A stretch of DNA of 64,000 nt, taken from Candidatus Aenigmatarchaeota archaeon. GTDB lineage: Archaea > Aenigmatarchaeota > Aenigmatarchaeia > QMZP01 > QMZT01. The translations under genes and the position numbers were made by a program. Location: contig CAVSBQ010000002.1 of the NCBI GenBank assembly GCA_963726265.1, positions 928,001 to 992,000 on the forward strand, in the 5' to 3' direction. The notes beneath the pieces are model-generated. The model did no database searches. It worked only from the letters and a program-made list of their open reading frames with translations, and had not been told where the DNA came from. Position 1 is the stretch's first letter, and every line of letters begins with the position of its first letter. Shown in pieces: positions 1 through 8,955 of the stretch.

Positions 1-243
1 GGCGTAGACCTTGTTCTCCCTGAGGATTTCGCTTAACGTCTTCTTGGTCACGACCTTGACCGAGGGTATGCCGTACTCGTCCCTGAGCAGCAGGCCTATC
101 TGCGCGCTCTGCATGCCCTGCTTCGCGTATTTTATGACAAGGTCCTCGACTTCTTTCGGCTTGTAGTCGACCCACTTCGCGACCTTGTGCAGCGGCTTAT
201 GCGAGCCCGACTTGCCTCTCCTGCCCGAATACATTCTTGCGAT
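1..243 (-). CDS. rps15: 30S ribosomal protein S15 (uS15/S13e), 5' part; runs off the window
   Basis: Manual minus-strand translation gives (I)ARMYSGRRGKSGSHKPLHKVAKWVDYKPKEVEDLVIKYAKQGMQSAQIGLLLRDEYGIPSVK, the archaeal S15 N-terminus. The codon at the usual Met position is ATC (241-243). Confidence 0.95.
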   Translation of the reverse strand, partial: MARMYSGRRGKSGSHKPLHKVAKWVDYKPKEVEDLVIKYAKQGMQSAQIGLLLRDEYGIPSVKVVTKKTLSEILRENKVYA

Positions 244-270
244 ATTCCCACCTTATTTTATTTCGATTTT

Positions 271-327
271 AAGAACAAGGACAAATGTCACGGATACAAG
301 ATAGCCCTGACGAACTGTCCTGTTCTT
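271..327 (-). promoter_or_regulatory. Hairpin in the 5' leader of rps15, candidate S15 autoregulatory leader
   Basis: On the minus strand AAGAACAGGACA pairs with TGTCCTTGTTCTT, with an inner GTCA/TGAC and GGG/TCC stem. A TATA box (TTTTTAAATA) at about 348-357 puts the TSS just before the hairpin. Confidence 0.6.
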
Positions 328-407
328 GAGATTATAGTGGAGGCGCATATTTAAAAAGGTAACTTCCGGCTGCTGCGGAAATGCGTGGAACAATATAGGT
401 TTTTAAG

Positions 408-431
408 ATGTTTAAACATATGTTTAAACAT
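408..431. promoter_or_regulatory. Tandem perfect palindrome (ATGTTTAAACAT)x2, operator-like
   Basis: Two adjacent copies of a 12-bp palindrome lie between a TATA-like TTTTAAG and the ATG at 436. Confidence 0.55.
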
Positions 432-435
432 TACC

Positions 436-681
436 ATGAAAACCCTGAAAACCCTTTTTGACGGCAAGGAGCACAGGATAACCACGGACGGGAAGACGTT
501 CTTCCTCTACAGGAGGTCGGCCAGCGACACCTGGGAGCTGTGCGACAAGAACTCCTTCGACAGCACAATGTACGCAGAAGCGCTGGGGGACGTGAAACGG
601 CTGCTCGCTGCGAACATGCCCGAGGAGGATAAGATACTCAAAATCCTCGAGTCCGGCTTCTTCAGCATTTCCAGCCTGTAA
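436..681 (+). CDS. Small hypothetical protein (81 aa)
   Basis: ORF with host-like codon usage. ATG 436 is preferred over GTG 385 because a promoter-like sequence lies between them. Confidence 0.7.
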   Translation: MKTLKTLFDGKEHRITTDGKTFFLYRRSASDTWELCDKNSFDSTMYAEALGDVKRLLAANMPEEDKILKILESGFFSISSL

Positions 682-750
682 CGCCTTCGCTTTTGGCTCG
701 GCCGCAGCAGGATTGCAGAAGATTTATACAAATCCCCGCAAATATTATGC

Positions 751-1839
751 ATGGCGCTGCCTTCTTCGCTTCTCGGCGTGGTCGAGATGCTACCCCAGAT
801 GCTCCTGCTGGCGCAGGTTGCGATGTATGTTGTTCTTTCGTGGATTTTCGGCTCCTTCGCCTTCCGAGGCATGAAGAGACGCATGCCTTTCGCGCTCAAG
901 CTGGCCGCGCTTTTCGGCGCGGGCTTCCTATGCCTCATAGCGGGTTCTGGCCTGAGGAGCTACATGCCCTTCCTCCGCGGCACGCTTCTAGACCTGCTGC
1001 AGCTGGATCTTCTCATAGGCGGGCTCATCGCCTCGCTGGCGATGGCGGCGGCTTTTTATCTTATTACGCGCAGCAGGGGAGCGGAAAGCGACAGCATGAC
1101 GATAAGGAAGCTGGAGGAAAGGGTCAAGCTGCTTGAGGGTTTCATGGTCAAGAACAAAATCCCGGTGCTGAAGGAGGACGAGGTCCGAAGGACCGCGGAG
1201 ACGCTGGTGCCGGGCTTCACAGCCAGGCAGGTCAGCCTGAAAGGCACGGATTGGGAAATCATACTCGAGAAGGACGGCAAAAAGGCCGCCGTAGTTTTCG
1301 ACGCCTACACCGGAGACGTCAAAGCAGTAGAACGCCCCGAGGGCAAAATCAACCCTCTCATGCTCGTCGGCGTGGCCATCATAATATGCCTGGCAGTTTT
1401 CTCGCTGCTTAGTTTCAAGGGCTTCCCCAGCATAACCGAGGGCATCGCCTCTATGATGGGCATGAACGAGGACCAGTTCAGCAGCCTGATGGGCAGCACG
1501 AACATGCCAGATGGATGCGTGGCAACCGTGCGCATCGTGATGAGCCAGGGCATAAGCGTTATCGGCGGCCAGGACATGCTCACGGACGACAGCGCGAAAG
1601 ACGTGATAGAGAGCGCGACCGGAAGGAGCGTAATGCTCATGTACAACACGGATTACGAAGGGAAAAGTTATATCATCTCTATAACGCTCCCGCAAGAGAT
1701 GAACATGACGGGTATAAGCAACGACGAGATAATGCAGAACGCGGAGATATGCACGTCGACCTCCGAAGCCCTCTGCGACTGCATAAAGCTGCCCGAGCTC
1801 AGCAAGACGCCCATGACGGGCTTGATAATCGCGTCTTAG
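751..1839 (+). CDS. Hypothetical membrane protein (about 4 TM, PepSY-like segment, Cys-containing C-terminal domain)
   Basis: Three N-terminal hydrophobic helices, a WEIILEKDGKKAAVVFDAYTGDV PepSY-like pattern, and a further TM helix. Confidence 0.75.
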   Translation: MALPSSLLGVVEMLPQMLLLAQVAMYVVLSWIFGSFAFRGMKRRMPFALKLAALFGAGFLCLIAGSGLRSYMPFLRGTLLDLLQLDLLIGGLIASLAMAAAFYLITRSRGAESDSMTIRKLEERVKLLEGFMVKNKIPVLKEDEVRRTAETLVPGFTARQVSLKGTDWEIILEKDGKKAAVVFDAYTGDVKAVERPEGKINPLMLVGVAIIICLAVFSLLSFKGFPSITEGIASMMGMNEDQFSSLMGSTNMPDGCVATVRIVMSQGISVIGGQDMLTDDSAKDVIESATGRSVMLMYNTDYEGKSYIISITLPQEMNMTGISNDEIMQNAEICTSTSEALCDCIKLPELSKTPMTGLIIAS

Positions 1840-1874
1840 AATCAGGCAGAAAAAGCTTTGTTTTATGCTACGGC

Positions 1875-2288
1875 TCACACCTTTTTGATGGTGTGTTTTG
1901 AGCCGCAGGCCTCGCACTTGAGGAAAAGCAAGCGGTCGTCCTTCATGAACTTCGTGTCCGGCTTGCCGCAGTCTCGGCAGAGGACATACTCCTTGGCGTA
2001 GAGCTCGATTTTCTTGTCGACGACTTCAGGCCTGAACTTGCCCTGCACGACTAGCCTCGTGCCCTGCATTTCGCCGGAAGTCGCGAGTTCCTTGAGGATG
2101 AATTTCTGCAGGTGGTCGGGCTCGCGGCGGAAGGCGCTGGCAATATCGTTGAAGTTGATTATGACGGTGCGCGCGCCGGCGGGCTGGATGTTCGCGCGCG
2201 GCATCTCGAAGCGGTCGCTGCCCTCAGTATTCTTCGGCAGTTTTTCAATTGCCCTGTCCAGCAGCTTTTCGTAGGCGTCCATAAGCAT
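1875..2288 (-). CDS. eif2b: Translation initiation factor aIF2 beta subunit
   Basis: YEKLLDRA, RFEMP, TVIINF, KELATSG and a C-terminal CRDC..CEAC zinc ribbon. Confidence 0.95.
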   Translation of the reverse strand: MLMDAYEKLLDRAIEKLPKNTEGSDRFEMPRANIQPAGARTVIINFNDIASAFRREPDHLQKFILKELATSGEMQGTRLVVQGKFRPEVVDKKIELYAKEYVLCRDCGKPDTKFMKDDRLLFLKCEACGSKHTIKKV

Positions 2289-2331
2289 CAATTATCATAA
2301 TTAACATCCCCGAATTTAAAACCGTTTGCCG

Positions 2332-3180
2332 TCAAGAATGTGCTATAAGATATTCTATAAGCTCTTCGCCGCATGAAAAGTCCGGAATGAGTATGTCGCA
2401 TCCGGCCTTGGTGAGGCGCCTTATTTTTTCCAAGTTATAGCCGCTTCCGGTGGTCTCGTCCGAGGCCACGCCCACCGCTATCGCCCCGTTTCTTTTCGTG
2501 TCCGCTATTTCCACGGGACCGTCGCCGAATACCACGAGCTCCGAACCTGAGTTTTGAGACCTTACGAGCCTTTTGATTATGTTTCCCTTGGTTTCATCCA
2601 TCGAGGGGGTCGCCCCGTGGATGTTGCCGCCAAAAAGCCCGGAGAGCTGCAGGGCATCTGCCTCTTCGAACACGTCATCACTGTCCGTGCCGCTGGCAAG
2701 GTGCATCACGACTCCTCTCTGCCTAAGCTTTGGGCAGAATGAAGGCGCGCCCTTCACCATGAAATCAGCCGGGGTCTTCTCTCCGGATGAAAGACGGGCA
2801 AGCCTTCCCTTCACCTGCGTTTTCAGGAGTTTGCAGTATTCGCCCTTGTAATCCCACTCGTTCTTTATCTGCCCTTCCGGAACCATGCCATATCTTCTTA
2901 CCATCTCCGTGAGGGCTTTCATCTGGTTAATCGTGTAGCTGCCAGTGGAGGCATCTATGTAGCTGCGGACGTCTTCAACAATCTCCGGCCGTGGCTCCGT
3001 GCCGTTGCATATGGCCTTGAGCATGAAATCTTCCATCACTATTTCCCAACCGCGGCGCAGAAGCGAGAGGGTGCCGTCAAAATCGAAAAGCGCATTCCTG
3101 ACACGACCTTTCCCTTCCAGCTTATTATATATCCTTATGTCGGTTCCTGCCAGAATCTGGTATGGACACTTGGTGTTCAT
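2332..3180 (-). CDS. HAD-superfamily hydrolase
   Basis: FDFDGTLS motif I, LASGT motif II, FGDGPVE motif IV. Confidence 0.85.
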   Translation of the reverse strand: MNTKCPYQILAGTDIRIYNKLEGKGRVRNALFDFDGTLSLLRRGWEIVMEDFMLKAICNGTEPRPEIVEDVRSYIDASTGSYTINQMKALTEMVRRYGMVPEGQIKNEWDYKGEYCKLLKTQVKGRLARLSSGEKTPADFMVKGAPSFCPKLRQRGVVMHLASGTDSDDVFEEADALQLSGLFGGNIHGATPSMDETKGNIIKRLVRSQNSGSELVVFGDGPVEIADTKRNGAIAVGVASDETTGSGYNLEKIRRLTKAGCDILIPDFSCGEELIEYLIAHS

Positions 3181-3217
3181 ACATTTAATTTACATAAAAT
3201 TTTAAATTGCTTGCCTG

Positions 3218-4987
3218 TCATTCGCAGAAATCCTCGGAGAAGGAAAGCTTCGTTTCCCGTTTTGATGCGAACTCGTCGAGGAGGCGCTTCTCATCTTCTG
3301 GAAGCTTCTGCTTGAGCCTTTCGAGAATCTCGAAGTCGCGCTCGTAAAGCACGGTCTCCAGCTCGTCGCCCTCGCTAATCTGTCTGCCGATGGTTACTCC
3401 GTCCATCGAGACCGCGACATTCTCGCCTATCTTCGCCCGGTCGACGTTCTCGCCTTCCGCCTGCAGCTCCTTTATCTCCCCGACAAGCTTGTCCCCCTTC
3501 CTCAGCTTGTAGCCGGGCCTTATTACGCCTGCGACCACCTCGACGCCGAATATCGCGGGCTTAGACTGGCGGAAGACGTAGCCCTGCATTACCCTTATCC
3601 TTCCAGGGTGGGTAACGCTGTCGAGCATCATGGCATCCGCGTTCTTCTTCATGTCGCTTTCCCATTTTTTGTATTCCTCGACGAGGCGGTAGATGATGTT
3701 CGACCTGAAAATCTTCGCCCCGAGCTTTTTCGAGCATTCCTCGGCGTCGGGGAGCACGTCGACGTTGAAGGCGAATATGACCGGCTTCTTCATGTTCGAG
3801 CTTTCCATCACGTCCGCTTTCAGCACGCTGCCGACCTTCGCCTTGCGTATCGGCACGGCCATGTCCTGCATCACCTTGATGAGGCCTTCCAGGCTGCCGA
3901 GGGTGTCCGCCTTGAGAATCGCTCCATCATTCTCCGTTTCTATTTCGACTTCCTCGATTTCCTTCTCTATGTCTTTCTTCGCTTCCTCGATGCGCTTCTC
4001 GCTGCTCACGAACCTGACCGGAGAGCCTGCGACCGCGTCCGCCAGGTCGGGCGCGGATATCTTGACGCCGCACGCCGCCGAAGCGGAATCGATGGGCTGG
4101 AAGACGCGTTCGACTCGCATCTCCTTGAGCGGCTCGGGCTTGAGCAGCGCCTTGACTTTCGTGACCATCGTGCTGCGGCCGCCGATTATCATCGTATCCC
4201 CGCGGCTGATGACGCCGTCGTAAAGTATGACATCTATGGTCGTTCCCATGCCCCTGTATTCCCTGACTTCGAGTATCGTCCCTTTCCCCATCCCTTCGGA
4301 GACCTCGAGCCGCTTTTCAAGATATCTTTGCGCGAGTCCGGTCAGGACCATGAGCAGGTCGGGGATGCCCTCGCCGGTCGTGGAAGAAACGGGGACGATG
4401 CAGACGGCCTTTGCGAAGTCGCCGACGCGGTCGTAGCGCTCGGATTTTATGCCGCGCTCTGCCAGCTGGCCGACGATCCTGTAGATTTTCTCCTCAAGTT
4501 CGTCCTGCGCCCTCGCGTCCTGCGACGCGTAGCCTTTCAGGAAGCACCCGTTCTCCTCCGAATGCCAGCCCAGGATGCGGTCGATTTTCGTCGCGGCGAT
4601 GACGAACGGCGTCTTGAACTCCTTCAGGAACGTGAGGCTTTCCTCGGTCTGCTTCTGGAAGCCCTCGTTGACGTCGATAATCAGGATAGCCAGGTCTGCT
4701 ATCGCGCCCCCGCGCTTGCGCAGGGTGGCAAAGGCCTCGTGGCCGGGCGTGTCTATGAAAAGCAGGCCGGGGAGCTTTATCTCAACGTTCATCCGCTTCA
4801 TCAGGTCCCCGCAGACGCGGATGATGTTTTCAATCGGCACTTCGCTCGCACCGATGTGCTGGGTGATGCCGCCCGCTTCGCCGTGAGCGACAGCGCTTCC
4901 CCTGATGCGGTCGAGCAAAGTCGTCTTCCCCGAGTCCACGTGACCCAGCACGGATATTATCGGCTGCCGTATTGGCATAGGCATCAC
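3218..4987 (-). CDS. infB: Translation initiation factor IF-2 (aIF5B)
   Basis: RQPIISVLGHVDSGKTT, GGITQHIGA, DTPGHEAF, TKID. Confidence 0.97.
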   Translation of the reverse strand: MMPMPIRQPIISVLGHVDSGKTTLLDRIRGSAVAHGEAGGITQHIGASEVPIENIIRVCGDLMKRMNVEIKLPGLLFIDTPGHEAFATLRKRGGAIADLAILIIDVNEGFQKQTEESLTFLKEFKTPFVIAATKIDRILGWHSEENGCFLKGYASQDARAQDELEEKIYRIVGQLAERGIKSERYDRVGDFAKAVCIVPVSSTTGEGIPDLLMVLTGLAQRYLEKRLEVSEGMGKGTILEVREYRGMGTTIDVILYDGVISRGDTMIIGGRSTMVTKVKALLKPEPLKEMRVERVFQPIDSASAACGVKISAPDLADAVAGSPVRFVSSEKRIEEAKKDIEKEIEEVEIETENDGAILKADTLGSLEGLIKVMQDMAVPIRKAKVGSVLKADVMESSNMKKPVIFAFNVDVLPDAEECSKKLGAKIFRSNIIYRLVEEYKKWESDMKKNADAMMLDSVTHPGRIRVMQGYVFRQSKPAIFGVEVVAGVIRPGYKLRKGDKLVGEIKELQAEGENVDRAKIGENVAVSMDGVTIGRQISEGDELETVLYERDFEILERLKQKLPEDEKRLLDEFASKRETKLSFSEDFCE

Positions 4988-5088
4988 TTAGCATGGTAAT
5001 TATGTATGATTGATTGAGGTAATTAAAAAGTAACTCAGAGGGCGTTTGGCAAAAGTAGTTTTATATTTACACATTTTAACCATTAATC

Positions 5089-5607
5089 ATGCTAACCGAC
5101 GAGACCATACGCAAGATATTCGACGAGGAGAGGAATTCCCCCGGCCTGACGAATCTGCCCGACGATTTCTTCGAGCAGCTGAGGGAATACCTTGAGAAGA
5201 AGAGGAAGATGACGCGCGACGAGACCGACCAGTGGGCCATGGAGGCGGTGAAAAGGCGGCTCGACACGATATTCGCGAGGCGCGAGCGCAAAATCCTCAA
5301 TGCCGCCCACGGTTTCATTGATTCAGCCGTGATTCCGGAGAACATGACTAACGAGGAACGCGCCTTTTTCGAAAGGATAGTCGCGTGCGTGAACGGCTAC
5401 AGGAAGGACAGGGAGGGGAAGCTGGAGAAGCAAGAGGAGAAGCTGGCGCTGGTCACGCTCCTCGGCGAAATCCCGCGCTTCGTTGGCATCAACATGAAGG
5501 GCTACGGCCCGTTCAATAAAGGCGATGTCGCGACCCTGCCAGAGCTCAACGCCGAACTGCTCGTGAAAAAGGGCCTCGCCGAAAAGATAGAGACGAACGA
5601 CAACTAA
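5089..5607 (+). CDS. DNA replication GINS subunit (Gins51/Gins15 type)
   Basis: LTNLPDDFFE helical A domain, RERKI, and a C-terminal B domain IPRFVGINMKGYGPFNKGDVATLPELNAELLVKKGLAE. Confidence 0.85.
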   Translation: MLTDETIRKIFDEERNSPGLTNLPDDFFEQLREYLEKKRKMTRDETDQWAMEAVKRRLDTIFARRERKILNAAHGFIDSAVIPENMTNEERAFFERIVACVNGYRKDREGKLEKQEEKLALVTLLGEIPRFVGINMKGYGPFNKGDVATLPELNAELLVKKGLAEKIETNDN

Positions 5608-5659
5608 GGAACATGCTGGTTTTATAAAATTTTTTCCGAGATTAGAAGCAGGTGATAAG

Positions 5660-6289
5660 ATGAAAAAGCCGTTTGAACAAATATTTGTTGAGCCTATCGT
5701 TCACCCAGTTAAGCACCGCGTCGCTGAACCATATCTCAAGACTCCTGATCAGATATATCTATCCGATACTTCGCCTGTTGCAGTGGTGGTGAGGGAACTG
5801 GCCTATGCCTCCCATACCGGAGACCAGAAATTACTGATTGCTGTAATGCGCAAATACAGAGGGCTGCTCAATAAAGCTTTTGGCGTCAGCGAAGATGGCT
5901 CGTTACAATTAGATTCATTTATGGCGGAATGTGAAAAGAAATTACCCGACGACGTCTTCCCTTCTTACGCTGACGGAGGTATAAGAATCGGTGATTTTTT
6001 TAAAGATAATTTGAGAGGCTATGTTTTAGAAAAACATCCAGATTTTTCTTCTTCCAGTCCGCTGGAACCGATGTCTTACCTTTCCATGAAACCGGAAAAT
6101 TTGTCATCTTCTTTGATATTGGCCCAGCGTCCCATGAGAGATGATGACGGGAAGCCTTTTGGAAAAAAATATGGCATATCTGAAATAATACCTCTTGCCG
6201 TGAAAGCAAAAGAAAGGCCTTTGCGACAACGTGTCGAGATGTCAATGAAAAAAATACCCAGGAGAAAAAAGCAGATGACATTCCCGTGA
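5660..6289 (+). CDS. AT-rich orphan hypothetical protein
   Basis: 209-aa ORF with its own TATA (TTTATAAA about 5621) and GGTGA SD. Codon usage differs from the flanking genes. Confidence 0.7.
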   Translation: MKKPFEQIFVEPIVHPVKHRVAEPYLKTPDQIYLSDTSPVAVVVRELAYASHTGDQKLLIAVMRKYRGLLNKAFGVSEDGSLQLDSFMAECEKKLPDDVFPSYADGGIRIGDFFKDNLRGYVLEKHPDFSSSSPLEPMSYLSMKPENLSSSLILAQRPMRDDDGKPFGKKYGISEIIPLAVKAKERPLRQRVEMSMKKIPRRKKQMTFP

Positions 6290-6296
6290 TGCTTGA

Positions 6297-6911
6297 CTAG
6301 TTCTTGCCCTTTCTTATCTTTTTCTTCTTGACTTCCTTGGGCTTCTCTTCTTTCTTGGGCGCGGCTGCAACAGGCGCTGCCGCTGCGGCTTCCCCTTCTG
6401 CGCCAGGCACCGCAGCTGGCGCGGCCGCCGCCATCTTGGCTTCCGTCGCCCTCTTCTGCGCGTCCTTGAACGCCTTCATTTCCGCGTCCGTGAGGGCGCC
6501 TTTGCCTATGCTCACGCCCATGCTTCTCGCGGAACCCCTGACCTGCGTCACGAACCTGTCAGCATCAGAACCGAACTTGGCAAGCGCGATTTTCACGACC
6601 TGCTCCTCGCTGAGGTCGCCCGCCCTGGCTTTTCCCGCTTCGCTCGAGCCGCTCTCGAGGCTGAGCTCCTTTTTTATCAGCGCGCTCACGGGCGGCGTGC
6701 CGACCTTTATCTCAAAGTTCTTCGTGGCGGTGTCGACTATGACGGTGACCGGGACCTGCATGCCCTCGAGGCTCTTCGTCTTGGCGTTTATCTCGTCTAT
6801 TATCTTCTTTATCGGGACGCCAAGCGGGCCGAGCGCCGGTCCTAGCGGAGGCGCGGCTGTCGCCTTGCCTCCTTCCACCATCACGCTTACCTTTTCTCTC
6901 GACATAATCAT
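6297..6911 (-). CDS. rpl11: 50S ribosomal protein L11 with Ala/Pro/Lys-rich C-terminal extension
   Basis: VEGGKATAAPPLGPALGPLG, GMQVPV, GTPPVSALIKKEL. Confidence 0.95.
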   Translation of the reverse strand: MIMSREKVSVMVEGGKATAAPPLGPALGPLGVPIKKIIDEINAKTKSLEGMQVPVTVIVDTATKNFEIKVGTPPVSALIKKELSLESGSSEAGKARAGDLSEEQVVKIALAKFGSDADRFVTQVRGSARSMGVSIGKGALTDAEMKAFKDAQKRATEAKMAAAAPAAVPGAEGEAAAAAPVAAAPKKEEKPKEVKKKKIRKGKN

Positions 6912-6939
6912 CAGTATTGCATGCCCTGATTTTTAAGCA

Positions 6940-7410
6940 TTACTGGCCCTGCGCAGGCCCCTCGCCGGGCGCGGGCTTATCCCTCTTGATGAGCTTAAGG
7001 AGCTCGACCGAGATCGTGACGGGGATGGGTATGCTCGCCTCGAGCAGCTCGACCGTGACCTCGTCCTTGACCTTGTCTATCCTCTGCACCCTTCCCTTTT
7101 CTCCCTTGAAAGGTCCGCCTATTATCTCGACTATGTCCCCATCGCTCACCGCGATCTTCACCTTCTTGGACTCGAAGAAGTGCTGTATCTCCGGAAGCGT
7201 CACGGGCTTCTCTATGAGGCCCTTGATGTGCATTATCCCCTGGATGGCCTTCCTGACCTCGCCCTCCGGGCCTTCTATGAACACGTAGCCTTTCAGCTCG
7301 CCCGGGTGGGAAATGCTCTTGACGCGCAGGTTGTCCATCCTTATCTTGTTGCCTATCATGTCGATGACGATGTGCTCCCTGCCGGACGTCGTCCTGATAG
7401 TATATATCAT
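6940..7410 (-). CDS. spt5: Transcription elongation factor Spt5 (NusG)
   Basis: IYTIRTTSGRE, LKGYVFIE and a KOW motif GDIVEIIGGPFKGEKGRV. The start ATG at 7410 overlaps the secE stop. Confidence 0.95.
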   Translation of the reverse strand: MIYTIRTTSGREHIVIDMIGNKIRMDNLRVKSISHPGELKGYVFIEGPEGEVRKAIQGIMHIKGLIEKPVTLPEIQHFFESKKVKIAVSDGDIVEIIGGPFKGEKGRVQRIDKVKDEVTVELLEASIPIPVTISVELLKLIKRDKPAPGEGPAQGQ

Positions 7411-7592
7411 AAGCAGAAACCCCCGAACGAGCACGCTATAATAGAGGCTATGAAAATCACGAAGCCGATCACTCCTATGAGCACCAGGCCTATCGCGCAT
7501 ATCTTGCTCGTCGAAGTGAACTCATATCTGCTAGGCTTCCTGGCTACCTGCAGGACCCTCTTCCAGTTGCCGACCAGTTCCTTGAAACCCAT
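7407..7592 (-). CDS. secE: Protein translocase SecE / Sec61 gamma
   Basis: RVLQVARKPSRYEF plus a single TM helix, in the conserved ftsZ-secE-spt5-rpl11 order. Confidence 0.93.
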   Translation of the reverse strand: MGFKELVGNWKRVLQVARKPSRYEFTSTSKICAIGLVLIGVIGFVIFIASIIACSFGGFCL

Positions 7593-7701
7593 GATGATAC
7601 CTTATTCTGTATTATATAGGTTATCTGTTTAAATAACTGCTTTAAAAAGGTTTGAAGGGGGCCCAGAAAAGTGTCTGGTCACGCCCCACCTGTCATGCTG
7701 T

Positions 7702-8808
7702 TTACTCGATGAAGTCTATGCCCAGGACCCTTTCTATTTCCTTCTGCTTCGCGTTCGTGAATCTCTTCTCCACAGCGAACACCTGGCCCGACTTCACACC
7801 GGTGATTATCAGCATCGCCCTTATGGTGTCGCCGAGCTCCTTCACTATCTGCGCCCCCCAGATTATCTTCGCGTCCGGGTTGAGCTTGGTCGTCACGGCC
7901 TCGACGATTTCCTGGCATTCCTTTATCGTGATGTCCTCGCCGCCCGCGACGTTTATCAGCGCGCCCGTCGCGCCTTCGATGTTCACGTCAAGCAGCGGGT
8001 TGTTCAGCGACTTCTCGACCGACTCGAGCGCGCGGTTCTCGGTGTCGCTCTCGCCCATGCCTATCATCGCCACCCCGCCCGAGCCCATCACAGCGCGCAC
8101 GTCAGCGAAGTCGAGGTTCACAAGCCCCGGTTTCGTGACCAGCTCCGTTATGCCTTTCACCGCGTTGACGAGGATTTCGTCCGCGACCTTGAACGCTGTC
8201 GTTATCGATACGTCCGGGACGATTTCCAGGAGCTTGTCGTTGGGTATGATTATAATGGTGTCCGCGACGGCCTGCAGGTTTTCAAGGCCGTCCTGCGCGT
8301 TCCTCATCCTTTGCTTGCCTTCCATGGTGAACGGCAGGGTCACGACTCCGACAGTCAGAGCGCCCGTCTTCTTGGCAATGTCCGCGATTATCGGGGCGGC
8401 GCCGGTTCCGGTTCCGCCTCCGAGCCCGCAGGTGACGAAGATGAGGTCAGCGCCTTCGACGGCCTTCTTGACGTCCTCCTTCGACTCTTTCGCGGCCTCG
8501 GAGCCGACCTTCGGGTCCGCTCCTGCGCCTAGGCCGCCCGTAAGCTCTTTGCCTATGAGGACCTTCATGTCGGCGTCAGTGTAAAGCAAATCCTGGGCGT
8601 CGGTGTTCATGGCGACGGTCTCAGCACCCACTATGCCGACCTGGGTCATGCGCGATATCGTGTTGCCTCCCGCCCCGCCGACACCGATGACCTTTATATC
8701 GGCCCTTTTCGACTCGAGAATCTTCCTGAGGTCCTCGTCGACCTCCGGGTGCTGCTTCCTCTTGTATTCCTTTACCTCTTCTTTAACATCAACGCTTCTG
8801 ACGCCCAT
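7702..8808 (-). CDS. ftsZ1: Cell division protein FtsZ1
   Basis: GVGGAGGN, GLGGGTGTG tubulin signature, NLDFAD. Location in the secE/spt5 cluster is typical of FtsZ1. Confidence 0.96.
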   Translation of the reverse strand: MGVRSVDVKEEVKEYKRKQHPEVDEDLRKILESKRADIKVIGVGGAGGNTISRMTQVGIVGAETVAMNTDAQDLLYTDADMKVLIGKELTGGLGAGADPKVGSEAAKESKEDVKKAVEGADLIFVTCGLGGGTGTGAAPIIADIAKKTGALTVGVVTLPFTMEGKQRMRNAQDGLENLQAVADTIIIIPNDKLLEIVPDVSITTAFKVADEILVNAVKGITELVTKPGLVNLDFADVRAVMGSGGVAMIGMGESDTENRALESVEKSLNNPLLDVNIEGATGALINVAGGEDITIKECQEIVEAVTTKLNPDAKIIWGAQIVKELGDTIRAMLIITGVKSGQVFAVEKRFTNAKQKEIERVLGIDFIE

Positions 8809-8955
8809 AAAAAATCCCTCCCTCAAATCAAATGACTATTAGTTTCAATATATTCATAACAAAATAATGGCAATAAACTATTTAAATTTTATTTAATCCA
8901 AAACGCAAAAACCAGCAGCACCTAAAATGATTTTCTGCACGGCTTCAGTTCGCAT

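Noticed and set aside
3608..4999. Long antisense ORFs (e.g. 463 aa opposite infB; likewise opposite hel308, apgM, rqcH, smc)
   Set aside because: These are shadow ORFs from GC-rich codon bias on the opposite strand of clearly identified genes.
6940..7500. ORF-track N-terminal extensions of spt5 (also VIT1 15852, rnp4 25282, htpX 37723, 29213 ORF)
   Set aside because: The extensions overlap neighbouring genes or promoters. Downstream ATGs fit family N-termini or SD/TATA spacing.
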